This document shows, in pieces, positions 25,482 to 38,500 of a stretch of 64,000 nucleotides of DNA (positions are counted from its first letter, which is position 1; every line of letters begins with the position of its first letter). The DNA comes from Laetmonice hystrix (taxonomy: Eukaryota), in contig OZ249436.1 of assembly GCA_965235115.1 (NCBI GenBank), forward strand, positions 38,318,001 through 38,382,000, in the 5' to 3' direction. The notes under the pieces are model-generated. The model had not been told where the DNA came from. It saw nothing but the letters and a program-made list of their open reading frames with translations, and searched no databases. The translations under genes were made by a program, and so were the position numbers.

Positions 25482-26274
25482 GTTCTAAAGAATGCAGGAT
25501 AATCGTGGCATAGGGGGATGCAGAATGGTTGCGGTACATCCGCCATAACAAATGTCCGCGGCGTAAGTGCAGATAAAAATTTAAAGAGCAAAAAGAAAAT
25601 TGGCCTTACTATGGTGGCCCAGAAGTACAGACTACTGTACTTCACAGTCCATTCCTTCGCTTCACAGTGAAATTCCGTTTTACGTTTACGTTTACGGACG
25701 TTTACAAACGTTTACAAAGACTGGGACTCCAAACATCGTGTAGACAAGGTCTGTGAGCAGAGTAACACGTAATGTTACGCAATACGCTGCGGTGTGCAGC
25801 ATTCGCCTCTGATGAACACACACGCAGGTCAAGGTAAGAACCAGCGGCGTCACACATCGGGCCGTAACACGTTAATTAATTCATTCAGACAACGTAATTG
25901 CCAGGTAAATGCTGGTGTTTCATTTGGTCTAGGAAACCTTATTTGCCGTGGATGTTGTCCCTCCCTTTAATTACATGTTATACAATCAGTTGATCTGGGG
26001 CTGCACGGAAGCTTTGTTAACATCGGCTGAAAGTAATCCGTAAGGTCAAGATCGCCTACACAGCCTTCCGATGATCGTCACATACGAGCGATACGTTCGG
26101 CAGAACGTGAGCGGACGAGCGTCATCATTCGGAATTCCCTCGGGCATATGACGTCATTTCTGCATATACCCTCAGGTGAATTGGGCGCCCAGATTATGGC
26201 AACCAGATACCTGGCGAAATCAACCTGTGTAGCGAGGCACTGAGTGAACCGTCATATCCCATCGAGCCAGGAAG

Positions 26275-27282
26275 TAGGCCTAGTGCATTATTGAAATCTG
26301 CTCCTTGGCATCGTATGTGCAAAAATAAATTTCTGGTATGAAGGGGAACGTTTGAAGAAGAAAAATGAATCACCTAATTTACCTAAATCGGCGCGTGATA
26401 TGGAAATTTATCAAATTATAAGAAGCAATATGGCCGCGCCCATGAACGACAACAACACGACCCATGGTAGGGCTACTTGCATCATGAACATGGTTCTATC
26501 GCATTATTGCCCACTGCTATGGGAAGAGCATTATAGAGGCCTATATTAGTTGCTTCCATGCCTGATGCAGACAAAATACTACAAGCACTGCCATGATTTC
26601 CAGAGTCCCGGCTCAATGTACCCCCGATGCAATGCTCAAAATGGGTCTCGATTCACCCGAGGCTACGTTCGAAATTATGGCCGAGGATTCCCGATTGGAG
26701 CGTGACATCCGTGGCCTGGTTGGCCTCCGGATATGACCTAGAAACAGCCAATCAGAAGCAGCGTCGGCGTTCCGAGTGCATAAACGTGGCATAATTTATG
26801 CAATTGTTTATATAAAAACTCTCGGCTTGACGTGCGAATTAACAACACAAGTAGACTGTAGAGAGACTGAGCTACTTGTATCATGAACATGATACTGTCG
26901 CAGTATTGCCCACTGGCCTTGGAAAGAGCACTATATTTCAGTTGCTACCATGCCTGTGCTGACGAAAAACCGCAAGCACTGCATGATAGCCATGGCCCGG
27001 CTCGAATACCCACGACGCAATGCCCAAAGGGGTGCTAAATTCACCCGAGGTTACTTTCGAGTAAAAATGACCGAGAGATTCCCGATTGATGAAGGTATAT
27101 GTGAGATAGCTGGACCCCGGTTGTCGATATATAGGGGCTCCTGCTGCTGTTGGCCTTCAGTGGCTTATAGTTAGTATTGAGTGCCCCGACTGCTGCCGAA
27201 GCCGACGCCCTGATCGAGGTCCGTGACGCCAGACGGGGCACGGACCTCCTCATAATGCTCCCATGAATGGCAGAAACCACTA
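26275..27282 (+). mobile_element. Degenerate DNA-transposon remnant carrying two copies of a RecQ-type helicase motif I fragment (AcademH-like, tentative)
   Basis: 26888-26950 translates HDTVAVLPTGLGKSTIFQLLP (RecQ Walker A region). A frameshifted second copy lies at ~26483-26560 inside a ~220-bp duplication. Possible TAG...CTA ends flanked by GAAG; boundaries uncertain. Confidence 0.5.
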
Positions 27283-27969
27283 GAAGGGGAAGGTAAAGCT
27301 TGCCATGAAACCCACCCCCTGTGGGGGTCTCATGTAGGCCTACCTGTCAGACGGTAAAGTCATTGTCCAAAGTCGACAGTATAGAAATATCCTACCCACA
27401 TTCAGTGGTGCCTCAATTGGCTGCCCGTTTCTGAAGTGGCCGTCTTCGCAAGTGCACGGTTATACGGTCAGGAGAACCGGTATTCGTTTCCGTTTTCATC
27501 ATTCGATACTATCATAGGTATTTTTTGGAGTTTCGCAGTGACACACGGTTATGCACCGCTGCTAACTGGAAATATGTCCCTCTAGATCGCACAGGCGGTG
27601 CGGGAGGGATTCATTGGCTATTTCAAAATATTCAAGTTTGCCTCTTCGAAAGATGCGCGCTGATCACAAGGATATCATTTGAGAAATCAGGGCGAAAGCA
27701 TACGAAGAATAGATGGGGGAAATGATCTGACATTAGTGGTCATTTTGTACTTTAGCTAGGCCCAGTGCCTTTGCTCTTGTCCAGATTATGTGTGTAAATT
27801 GAATAAAATATAAGCTGGTTTTAGTAGACACCCCACCAACAACAGAAGGCACAGCGACAGCGCACAGTTTCAGAACAAGACGCGGCTCGCGCCAACTAGA
27901 TGTGTTTGGTCGAGTCTGCTCTTGTCCCCCTCCCCCCTCTCCCCAGTGAAAAGTCACATCCTCTCCTAC

Positions 27970-28129
27970 CAGTGGCGTACCCAGAAACTGGACCCAGGGG
28001 GTGCTGGAAATAACCAACGTCGTAGGCGCTGCAAATTGGGAGGGGCTATGGGCAACAAGCGCCAAAAAAATGACAAATTGAGGGGGGTGCTTGAGCACCC
28101 CAAGCACCCCCCCCCTGGGTACGCTACTG
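27970..28129. mobile_element. MITE with 5-bp TSD (hAT5-like), copy 1
   Basis: TIRs CAGTGGCGTACCCAG / CTGGGTACGCTACTG; TSD CCTAC on both sides; homologous to 45480-45652. Confidence 0.85.
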
Positions 28130-29262
28130 CCTACTATAATTTTTTGTCAGTCTGACGGTGAAGCTCCTGATCTGAGATGGAATTTTGACACCTTTGTGAA
28201 TGTCCTTTCCTCTCAAAGAATGCTTTCCTACACTGCGAATCAAGGACCTCGGTTTCCATAGAGGTCACGTTTTCACGTGTCACGCTTCACGGTTCACTTT
28301 CTTGACGGTTTCCACCAAGTTTACGTTGACGTTTTACGTCAGAGAAAACGAGCAAGCTAGTTCATTATTAATTCACTTAATTCAAGATTGATTCGTGACA
28401 TGAGGGTGAAGTTACACATGATATTTTACCCCAATAAACATTTGGAGGGATGGCAGAGTTTGCCCTGTCTTCTCTGTGTGTCTCTACCACGAATGCAATA
28501 TAATTAGTCAAGAACTATACCAGCAGACAACATGTCGGTTTGCATGCATGGAAGAGGTTACGCAGAGCCGGGGGTGGGGCATTTAGCCCCCCCCCCCCCC
28601 TCGCCAATCTGAGGAGTGGGGCAGGGGGGGGGGGCTAAACCCCCACGTTTTTCGAGGGCAGTAAAAAAAATGATAGGTAATTTTTTAAAGTTCTTCAACC
28701 ATCTGTATGTTATCAGTGAAAGCGGCATGACACTTTGTCAGAATGTATTGTAAAGTTGTTAACGAAAGATACTTTCATCACAACTAATGTCTTCAATCAG
28801 CATAATGCTCACCTTGATAATAAAATGTCAATTTTGAATAAGATAAATTGGAAATCATGGAATAGACATGAGAGGTAGCTTCAAAACTATATCACCGTCA
28901 AAACTACAATTTTGCAAATAAAAAAGTTTTTGAAAACGTGTATTCAGTGGAGATTAAATTGGAAATTCTCGGCAATGGCACCAGAATGCATCTTAGAGCA
29001 GGTAAAATCGCTAGATTCCTCGCTGGAGACCGCGGACCCCCGCCCACGTGCAGGGCGGAATTAGCCCACCCACTTTTTTCTCGTTCCGCTACCTCTGTCG
29101 CAAAGGCACCTTTACAGTTACGTTTACGAATACGCAATCACTCTGTGTGCCCTTTGTTTCCGTACTGCACACGTCTGTTACAGTTTTTTTGCACTAATAC
29201 CAGGCAGCATACACGTAATTACCAAAATGGATACCTTTTTTCCTAATATTATGAGCATATAT

Positions 29263-29597
29263 CACTGGGGGATCCAGGGGGCAAGGGGCCTGGGCCCCCC
29301 TTAAATGTTCCTTTTCCCTGCTTTTTTGTAAGAAGATGCATTATTCGGACCCTGAAACCAGTATTCCAACAAAATTCTGTAAAAAAAATCCTCCTATTTT
29401 GTACGTGAAAGTAACACCGGGCCCAATAGGGCCTCCTCAGTCATCCAGGAGCAACATAACTCTGGGTCATGCAGCATTGAAATAGACCAAAAGGTGCCCA
29501 AAATGGCCATGATTACAATAAAATCATGCAGAGCTTAGCGAGGCTAAAAAATTTTTTAGGTGGCCCCCCCCTTATCAAAATCCTGGATCCCCCACTG
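29263..29597. mobile_element. hAT-like MITE
   Basis: TIRs CACTGGGGGATCCAGG / CCTGGATCCCCCACTG (1 mismatch); TSD not clear. Confidence 0.6.
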
Positions 29598-29779
29598 TAT
29601 CATCCTTCAATGCGCGAAAGCGTGCCAATCATGTGGTTCATGCACTGGTTTTAGACAGCTTAGACTTTCAGCTATAATATAGGATCTTCAAACACGAACA
29701 TCATAGCCGTAATCTGATCCTCTGGCTGAAATTCGGCCAGTCAATCATGTGAACGTCAGGACGGCAGGGCCAGGGCGGC

Positions 29780-29945
29780 ATGTGTGAAAGGTTTGTCAGT
29801 CAGTTCCTTCCCGAAGGTCGGTGGTTTCCTCCGGGCACTCCGGTTTCCTCCACCAAGAAAAACTGACATTCATCATCATCATCATCATCTTCACCGCCGT
29901 GATATGACCCTGGCTGTTGCAAGGCGTAAAACCCCAAATACCCAC
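29780..29945 (+). mobile_element. SINE fragment (V-domain-like) with an internal (CAT)n tract
   Basis: GGTCGGTGGTTTCCTCCGGGCACTCCGGTTTCCTCCACCAAGAAAAACTGAC...CGCCGTGATATGACCCTGGCTGTTGCAAGGCGTAAAACCCCAA resembles the V-SINE central motif seen in invertebrate SINEs. Confidence 0.65.
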
Positions 29946-30510
29946 CCACCCATAACGGCAGGGCACATAATCATTCTGAACATAAACAGTGGTTGTCCCG
30001 ATAAGCAGTGGGGGATGCAGGATTTGGCTATGGGGGAACGCCATAATCAATCGCGAATGATTTACTGAAATATTGATATATATAAGGTTAAAAATCAAAT
30101 CACAAGAAGATGGTTTCAACGGGTATTAGACTGTATATTTAAATAAAATCAACAGCATGGGCCTATTGGTTAAAACGAACAGTCATGCTGATTGGAAGCA
30201 TTCGTCGTCTAAGCCTATAGAGCTATAGTTAAAAGACAGAAAATATCTCTCGCATGCTGTATGTTAGAATACCAGTCTTACGAAATTTAAAAAAAGAGGC
30301 ACTCCTTGTCTCCATCCCGAATGCATGGCATGACTCCAAGACCAAGACCAAGGGTAATTTAAAAGCCTTCAATGTTATAATTAGATTCCATACTGATGGC
30401 GGGAATGACTGCGAATGGTCAAAACTTATGTACAATATTGTCTGGTAATTTGCACTGGGCTAATTTCTGGTCATTGGCGCCCCCGGGTGGACGACATAAC
30501 TCCTTCTCCG

Positions 30511-30570
30511 TTAGGTGCCTTACCGCTAGGTCTCTTACCGCTAGGTGTCTTACCGCAACGTGCCTTACAA
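30511..30570. repeat. 15-bp tandem repeat, ~4 copies, probably a transposon subterminal array
   Basis: Variants of CTAGGTGTCTTACCG repeated head-to-tail. Confidence 0.7.
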
Positions 30571-31619
30571 GACCCACAACCACTTCCGCTTTATACTTCC
30601 GCCTCATACTCAAATCTTTCTAATTCGTCCACTTCGTTCTCTGCTGTTCACGAGCCAACAGCATTTCCCCTCCCGCCCACACCTTCATTATTCCTATCTT
30701 TATTTCACCCGTTATCCAATTTCATCAACTATTGCCAGTTTCACCTCATCTTTTATTATTAAACAAATAAAGTTTACATAGTTTACATTTTATCACTAAC
30801 AATTTTATTACTATGTAATCTTATTGTAATCTTATCTTATCACATTTTATGGTGGGTGAAATAAATTAGTCAACCCCATCCCTGTTGTTTGTCTCCATAC
30901 GGGGGTTGCCAATGATGTACACCATATAGCCTACTATACTCACAATTTGCTGAGGATCACCAACTATTTAGGAATATCCTACAAATCACGGCAAAAAAGA
31001 AGAAAGTGTTGTCCTGCCCCATGCCTCCCGATATAAAATTTCCGGACCCATGGGAACCATACACATATGAACCGTTCTGTATAATGTTGCATAATAGGCC
31101 TATACTTGTGGTGGCATTCGGGAACCTGGTATAGGGCCCTCATAGAAGGGTTTTGGCAGTACAATTAATTCCGTTCCAATTTGTTCCAAGTCAACCCCTA
31201 TTTTGTTTGGTCTATAAGAGAAGGCTATAGGTGCTATGGAGTATTAATTTATAAATCTTTATTTATTCGTCACACACATACTTAGGGCATATTGGCCTAC
31301 TTCCTCGGCTAAGAAGTCCACACGAAGGACATGTTGCGGATCTAGGGCCTATCAGGACACGCCTTTCAGCGATGTTAAAGATAACCTTTTTAACAAATCC
31401 AAGATAATACTGCGAGAATAGACAGATTAGATATTTCTACAAGATCTCATGGGGCAATATTGTTACAAGTACCTAGACCCAAAAGCGAACTTTTTAAGAA
31501 ATGTAATTGTTATACTGGACCTTTATTATGGAATGATTTACCCGTACACATTAGAACATTGAGTGACAAGACGGAGTTTAAAAATGAAATTAAAAAATAT
31601 TACAACAATGTGTTCTTAA

Positions 31620-34027
31620 AGACAATCGCGCCATTTTAGATCTGACGTTGAAAAAGCTTAGATTTTTGGTAGAAGTGAAGATCTATATGTCTACTTTACA
31701 AAAACATGAAAAAAATATATGGTCACCGTGGAAACCTGAGAGTGACAGCACTGCCACCTTGTGGCCAATTTGGAAATCAGGTAGAACTACAGTGGAAACC
31801 CGCTTAACGACCAACCCGGGAAAGCGGGCAACCCGTCATTACGGGCAGTTTGGTCCAGTCCCGAATTTTTCCTTCTATATTCATGTTTGTGAAACACCCG
31901 CCAATACGGGCACTCGCATTGCGGGCAACCCGCCTTGCGGGCGCCTGTTTTCAGTCCCAACCGGCCTCTTTCAACTCGGTCTGGCGACCACTCTGGCCGC
32001 TCACACCTCATACTGCTGGTACTGGCGCCACCCTGGCCCCTTCACACCTAGTGCTGACTAGGTGCGACCTGTCAATCAAAGTGAGAGAGACCACTTCCAT
32101 AAACACATATCGTCAGTTTTACTAGGTGAGAGAAACAATGCGACCCACAATGCGGCCTACATGATCAAACAAACAGCTTTTTACCTACACACAGCCAGAC
32201 CCTTGAACACTTCATGACCGCCCAGGACAACTTCCTCACCGAGACCCTCACCAGGTGTACAGTGCAACCCACTCTAGCCAGCTTTTCTAAACGTTCTTAA
32301 ATTGACGAACTTTGTACACATATGCATACGAACTGTGATAGAGCATTTTGAGTAAGAAAAATCCGGGAATGTAGAAGATGTATTTAAAGATGTAGATATA
32401 GACCTATTACATTTTAAAACATGTTTAATACATGTGCATGTACTGTTCAGTTGTGCTGCAATGTTCCATTCAGTAATAACAAATCCATGCTTTCCCCAAA
32501 AAAATATTTTGCTACTTTCATGAATTTCTCACTCGAAGTACATGTATACATGTATTTAATAACAGTCAGGGCTGATTAGCATGTAGTGGCTGATGCTTTC
32601 AAAACACAAAGACATAATGACCCAATTCCCGGTAAGACGACCACCCCGCTATGCGGGCACCAAAGGCCCAGACCCACGGCTGCCCGCCTAAGCGGGTTTC
32701 CACTGTATTCAACACAACATAAATTCAGTTTTTTTGTATTTATTTACAATCATAAATCACTTGACGACACCAGTTTAATCAGGAGACCTGGGTTAATGAA
32801 AATACACCAAAGAAATTAAAAAAATGCAGGTTTTGGGGTGTTTCCAGGATACATATAATTCAACTGAAATGTTAATTTTCGGCAGTCAGATCGGGAAATC
32901 GTGTGCCAAAAAAAATTCAACGTTGACAATTCTTCAAAATTTCAGCAGCGTATGCCGGAGAGGCTGCGTTATCATATGCACAAAGAAAAAATAGGGGTCA
33001 CCGTGCTTATTTTTTTAGTAACACGCTCCGTTTACCCCGGAGTTTGGCCAAAAAACTGATTTTTTACACGTCAAATGGAGGTTTTTTTATTTTTATGCAA
33101 AATAGACACCCTAGTTATATTAAATATTAAAATCCTTTCAAATATTGACGGTTTGAAGATATGGATATGAAAAGGTACAAATATATAGGCCTAACAAATT
33201 TATTGTAATATGTCTCCATCAGTGCAACTGTAGGCCTATGGCTATAGTGCTCAGACAAAATGTGCCCATATTTTGCTCTGCTTTGATATTAGGCCTACTA
33301 CTAACCATCCTGCTTAACTCTGTACACATATTTCAGTACATACGTAACGGAAAAACAGATCCAATGGTTCTCCAAATATTACTGAGACAAGTGCGACTTT
33401 GCACTGTGCCTATACCACAGCGCTTGGCATTTCACGTAGAGTATAGGGGCCTACTGGCCAGGCCCTGTCCCAGCGACCCAGTCATCCGGTGCGCTGCAGA
33501 TGGCTGACGCAGCTACGGGCCCGACTTGCTCGTAAACTACCTGACCGTGTGGACGTTATATTTGTCCAATAATCATAATCAAGGTCCGAATAGACATTTA
33601 ATTACCGTTGCTCTCTAAAAATATCGATTTCATGCTCAGTGGAAGAAGTTTAGTATTAAAACGAAGGCCGAAAAGTTGCGATAACGGACCTCTTCGCAGA
33701 GCGTCGCCGGGCCAGGGTCACTACGGCTCGGGTGCTTTCTGATGTTTCCGAAGAGCCTACATTCCTTACACAGCTTCGTGGGAATTTCTGTAAATTTCCC
33801 CTCCTAACTTTCTCTGATTGCTTTATAAACCTTCATTTATGCTTCGCAGGCATATTCAGTCATATAGATGGGAACACTCTTGCTTATAAGGTCGAAGTCG
33901 GCCGCCAAACAAAAATACCGCGCAGCGCGAACTGACTTGAGTGGTGCAAAACACGTATTACCGGGCGCGGCTACACTCGCTCAACATGCGCAACGATGAT
34001 GCGCATAAACAAATGGCGCGATTGCCT
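31620..34027. mobile_element. Non-autonomous Kolobok-like transposon between the BHMT copies
   Basis: 17-bp TIRs AGACAATCGCGCCATTT / AAATGGCGCGATTGCCT (1 mismatch), with TTAA at 31616-31619 and 34028-34031. Confidence 0.78.
31790..32705. mobile_element. Tc1/mariner (pogo/Tigger-like) non-autonomous element nested in the Kolobok-like element
   Basis: Perfect 17-bp TIRs CAGTGGAAACCCGCTTA / TAAGCGGGTTTCCACTG with TA on both sides. Confidence 0.82.
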
Positions 34028-35598
34028 TTAAATGAAAACTACTAGTGAAATTAATATATTATATTATAACCGTATGTGAAGAATTTGGTTGTATTTATAT
34101 GTGATGTATATAGTTGCATGTATTAATTTCTTTATTGTATTATTATATCGCTTATTATGTTAATGTTGTAAATATTTTCAACAGGGTGCCACAATAATGG
34201 CGGCTGTTAGCCGAGTAGAATACCCTGGTTAAATATGCACAATAAAAAAATTAAAAATGTTGCTAACAAGACGTTTAAGTTCCTTGAAGATGCCCTTTAC
34301 CGATATAACAAATGCCATTATTTATTTTATCGATATTATTTATATCGGATTGACACATCGAATAAGGCTCTCGGCTTCGCATATATTGAGGCTCATTGTG
34401 CGGGTGTAAAAACTCAAATCATCCGTCCGATATACCGCGGTATCCCCCACTTACCTGTCCTATTCCCTAGCGCATCAAATTTCAAATAGCTCAGAATGTC
34501 AAATGTGACGACCTGGTTTTGATAGGGCTGTTCTGTTATAAGTTGTTACCCTCGACCAATGAAGTATCTTTTCGGACTTAGACAATTTTCGGCCACTTCG
34601 GCAATAGGACGGATAAGTGGGGGATTAAGGTATATTATCGACTAAAAACGGTCAAATTATAACATAAGCTAATATTTAATACCAAATCTAACCACTTAAG
34701 ATTTTCCTGGGCCAGAAGCATAACTCTGATTTTGCACCTACCTGTTGCTGCAACTCGGCTATTTTGTGACGGGTATAGTCCATGTCACCATGAGGTGGAG
34801 GATAAAGCCAGTGAGATAACGCGATAAAGAAAACTTGCACCTCGCACTCCAACATCTTATCACATCCGTAGCTAGACAGAGTATCCGTCTCTGTACTACC
34901 GTATACAGAGACGGACGCCACTTAGTGCAAGTTCCTGGTGTGTTCGGTCAAATCATCCGAACACCATGAAAACCCCTCCCCTGCCCATATCTGGACTGAA
35001 TAAAAGTCTGGAATCGACGAATTTCGCTCTCTGCCTATCGCGGCCATTTTGACCTCCCGGGTCAGGGAGACGCGTCCGCTATGTTACGACATAGTTAGAG
35101 CAGGGGACCTTGCTAGGTCAGAGAGATGCATGCTGGGACATAAACAGGCAACGGAAGCCGCAGCTTCGGAATTTGAAGTTTTATCCTTCAAATACTTGTC
35201 GGGTCACTAAAAGAAGACGTTGCCCGTGATAAATGGATGCCGGTGAATTGATCGGTACATGAATTTGCGCTGCCAGTGACACACCAATTTTTAACATTGA
35301 GTGGTCGTAACCCTCACTGGCTGAGGCTTTACTACGTAGGCTAATCCGTAGCCAGAGTCTTCCAATGGGGTGTGTTTATTATTGTTTTTGAACCTCATCT
35401 TTGGACAAGATAACATAGACTTTCCACCGTTTTGAAACTGACTTAGCCCTAGCTATATCATAAAAGGCAGCTCATTCAAGCCCTAATGGGTCCTAATTTA
35501 CAGTTAAGGGTTTACTGTAACATAAAGCTCTATCAAGTTAGGCCTACATGCCCCATGAATCCTGAGTTATCATGTCTCCGATAGATTGTAGAATGGAA

Positions 35599-38500
35599 TC
35601 ATTCAGTGGTTTGTGACTTAGATGTCACTGGGAGTGGACGTCCGGTGGTCGGGGTCATGTCCATCCAATAGGAGCGGCCGTGTCTGCGGCAAACAGTATT
35701 CACATGCTGTCACCATACGATTTATACACACCATTGAATTATACTACAAAATGGACCCTTTGGCGACACCTATTAATAAAAATACACATCGCTCCGCTAT
35801 AACCGGAACTAGTGGGAAATAACTTACGAATAACTTACGAAATAACTTCCGAACTGTTTTATGCATTGCTACATACGAGGAAAGATAACCACTGAGTTAA
35901 TCACTTATTTTTATACAACGCTTTCAAAGTTATGCACTACTTATTTACTAGATAGAAGGGAGACTCATGATAACTCTCAACAATCAATAAATTGTTGTTA
36001 TGTGTACTCTGCCGGAACTCTCGGAAAAGAATTTAAATTATGGATGTTCTACTTTTGTTCCTAGATATACATGAAGATCAGTAACATTTACCGACTGTGC
36101 AGCAGTGGAAACAAAGCCTCGACCAAAGCGCCCCCGTACGGCTCATTCTTATCTTTCCCCGGTGGACGTCGGCCACGCTCGGCTGCCAGCTTGAGACACA
36201 TGTCAACCAACAAACCAGTGCACAAAATCTTATAAGAGTTGTTCCAAGTACGGGGCAGTTCCAGAGTCCCAACTGCACCAAAATCAGGTTATTTGCAGTG
36301 GCCAACTGGTGCAGTTTTGGAGCAGTTGGAACTGTGGAACTGTACTACAATTTACTTAGATTCAGACCCCCCCCCCCCATATCGGCCCGGGTTTGTCCTT
36401 TAGCTGCCCCATAAAAAGATTCCATTGACCAAAGAACTGCCGAGAAAATCCAACACAAGTACAATAATATCCATGCATATCTAGGCGGTAGATAGAACTA
36501 TAGATAACATAATTATTAGAAGGCTCTTGACCTTATCTGTGCGATTTGTGTAACACGATAATTTCGATCTAGATGTTTCCATGTAGAGAAGGTACAAATT
36601 AAACGTATCTAGATGTTTCCATGTAGACAAGGTACAAATTAAACGTATCTAGATGTTTCCATGTAGACAAGGTACAAACTAAACGTATCTAGATGTTTCC
36701 ATGTAGACAAGGTACAAACTAAACGTATCTAGATGTTTCCATGTAGACAAACTACAAACTAAACGTATCTAGATGTTTCCATGTAGACAAAGTACAAACT
36801 AAACGTATCTAGATGTTTCCATGTAGACAAGGTACAAACTAAACGTATCTAGATGTTTCCATGTAGACAAGGTACAAACTAAACGTATCTAGATGTTTCC
36901 ATGTAGACAAGGTACAAACTAAACGTGTGTGTGAAATCGTACCTCCTCCGACATCTCCCTGATGTGATAGGGCTCGAAGCCACAACACCCTCCCAGGTAT
37001 CGGACACCAGCGTCATACGCCTCGCGGACGTAACGTCGTACGTCCCAACGCGTCAACAAACGTGGCTCCAACGCTGGAAGAAGTGGGCAAAGGGAACGTC
37101 TGACCTTCTTAGCCTTTTCGTTTGGGGGGAAAATATGAACCATAATAATACCATCCATTATTTGTTTTCAAATGTTGATGTCTCCGTTACGCCTGCATAA
37201 GTTTACACTATATTATTGCTTTACCTCCCCGCACTAATTGTTGTCTATTCTATGCCCCTAAAGCATTACAATTTACATCGTAAATAGGGTCTTACCAAAG
37301 GGGAACTCGGGCAGTTCGAAGTGTCCTCCCTTCAGGTTGACCACATCTGGGCAGTGGAAGCCGAGAGGTTGTAGCATGAGGTAGGGAGTGAGGCCGGCTT
37401 GGTCTAGGGCCGCCTTCATCATTCGGATCACCTTGATACACGTGGTTGGGTCGTATTGACAGTTCAGGCCCAAAATGTCAGCACCTGGATATGGAAATAC
37501 CTTAGGCCTATATTTATTCTGTACATACATGCCTAGTCTCATAATGACTGCACAATTTTAAGAAATATTAGCACAAGTATTAATTTGTTTTAGGAGTATA
37601 ATTATACTTGACTTTCAAAAGCAGCCAATTCATCAGCGGGCAATGCCGGGTGTTACCTAAAGCTCAGATTTATGGCCAGCGTTGAACTATAAGTGTCATT
37701 ACATACCGGCCTTTACCATCTTGATAGCACAGTCCCCTGGTGGCACATTGTTGACGTCACCAGTGGGACCCATGCGCATGGTCGCAGCCACGGGAAGTCC
37801 GGTAGCTTTCATGACCTCGATCGCCCACACTGCCTCCTGTACATCACTGAAAAACTGCAAAAAACAAAACCTATTTTACAATGGTTGAGATGGTAGGCCT
37901 ACATTCTCCTATTGTGACAGACGATTTCTAGGTCGACTTAGAAAGGATATATAGGCATAACAAAAGTTTTCTCTGCCGGCCTATGTTACTGAACGCCAGG
38001 CCTCTTAGCATAGACTGGAAGGAAGTGTCTGGCAATTTATTTCTTATATCAAACTGGTGGTTGGGCTAGCATATTGGGAGTCTTATAACCAGGGGAGGAA
38101 CGCCAGAGTACATAATAATGATATGTCATGTTCCTCACCTCGCCGAGGAGGTAATCCACCTTCCTGGAGACAAACACCTCCACCTGTTTGTGGAACTCAC
38201 TCTGCACCACCTGCTTTCCCCGACCTTCCAAGTATGACTTTGTGGGAGCAATCCCCCCACAAACAAGAGCGTCTTTCTCATGAGCCACTTCAAATGCTAG
38301 GTCACACGCAGCCTCGGTTAGGTCACGGCACTGCCCAGCATAGTGATACACATCATTATATTTTGTACAGACCTATTTTTGAATAACATAAACAGTGTAG
38401 GATCTTTCTACTGATTTCTCCTAAAAGTTTGCAGATGATAGACGCCTGTGCATGGTCAAATGTACCTGTATAGGATCAGAACTGTTGCATTCAGGGGTAT

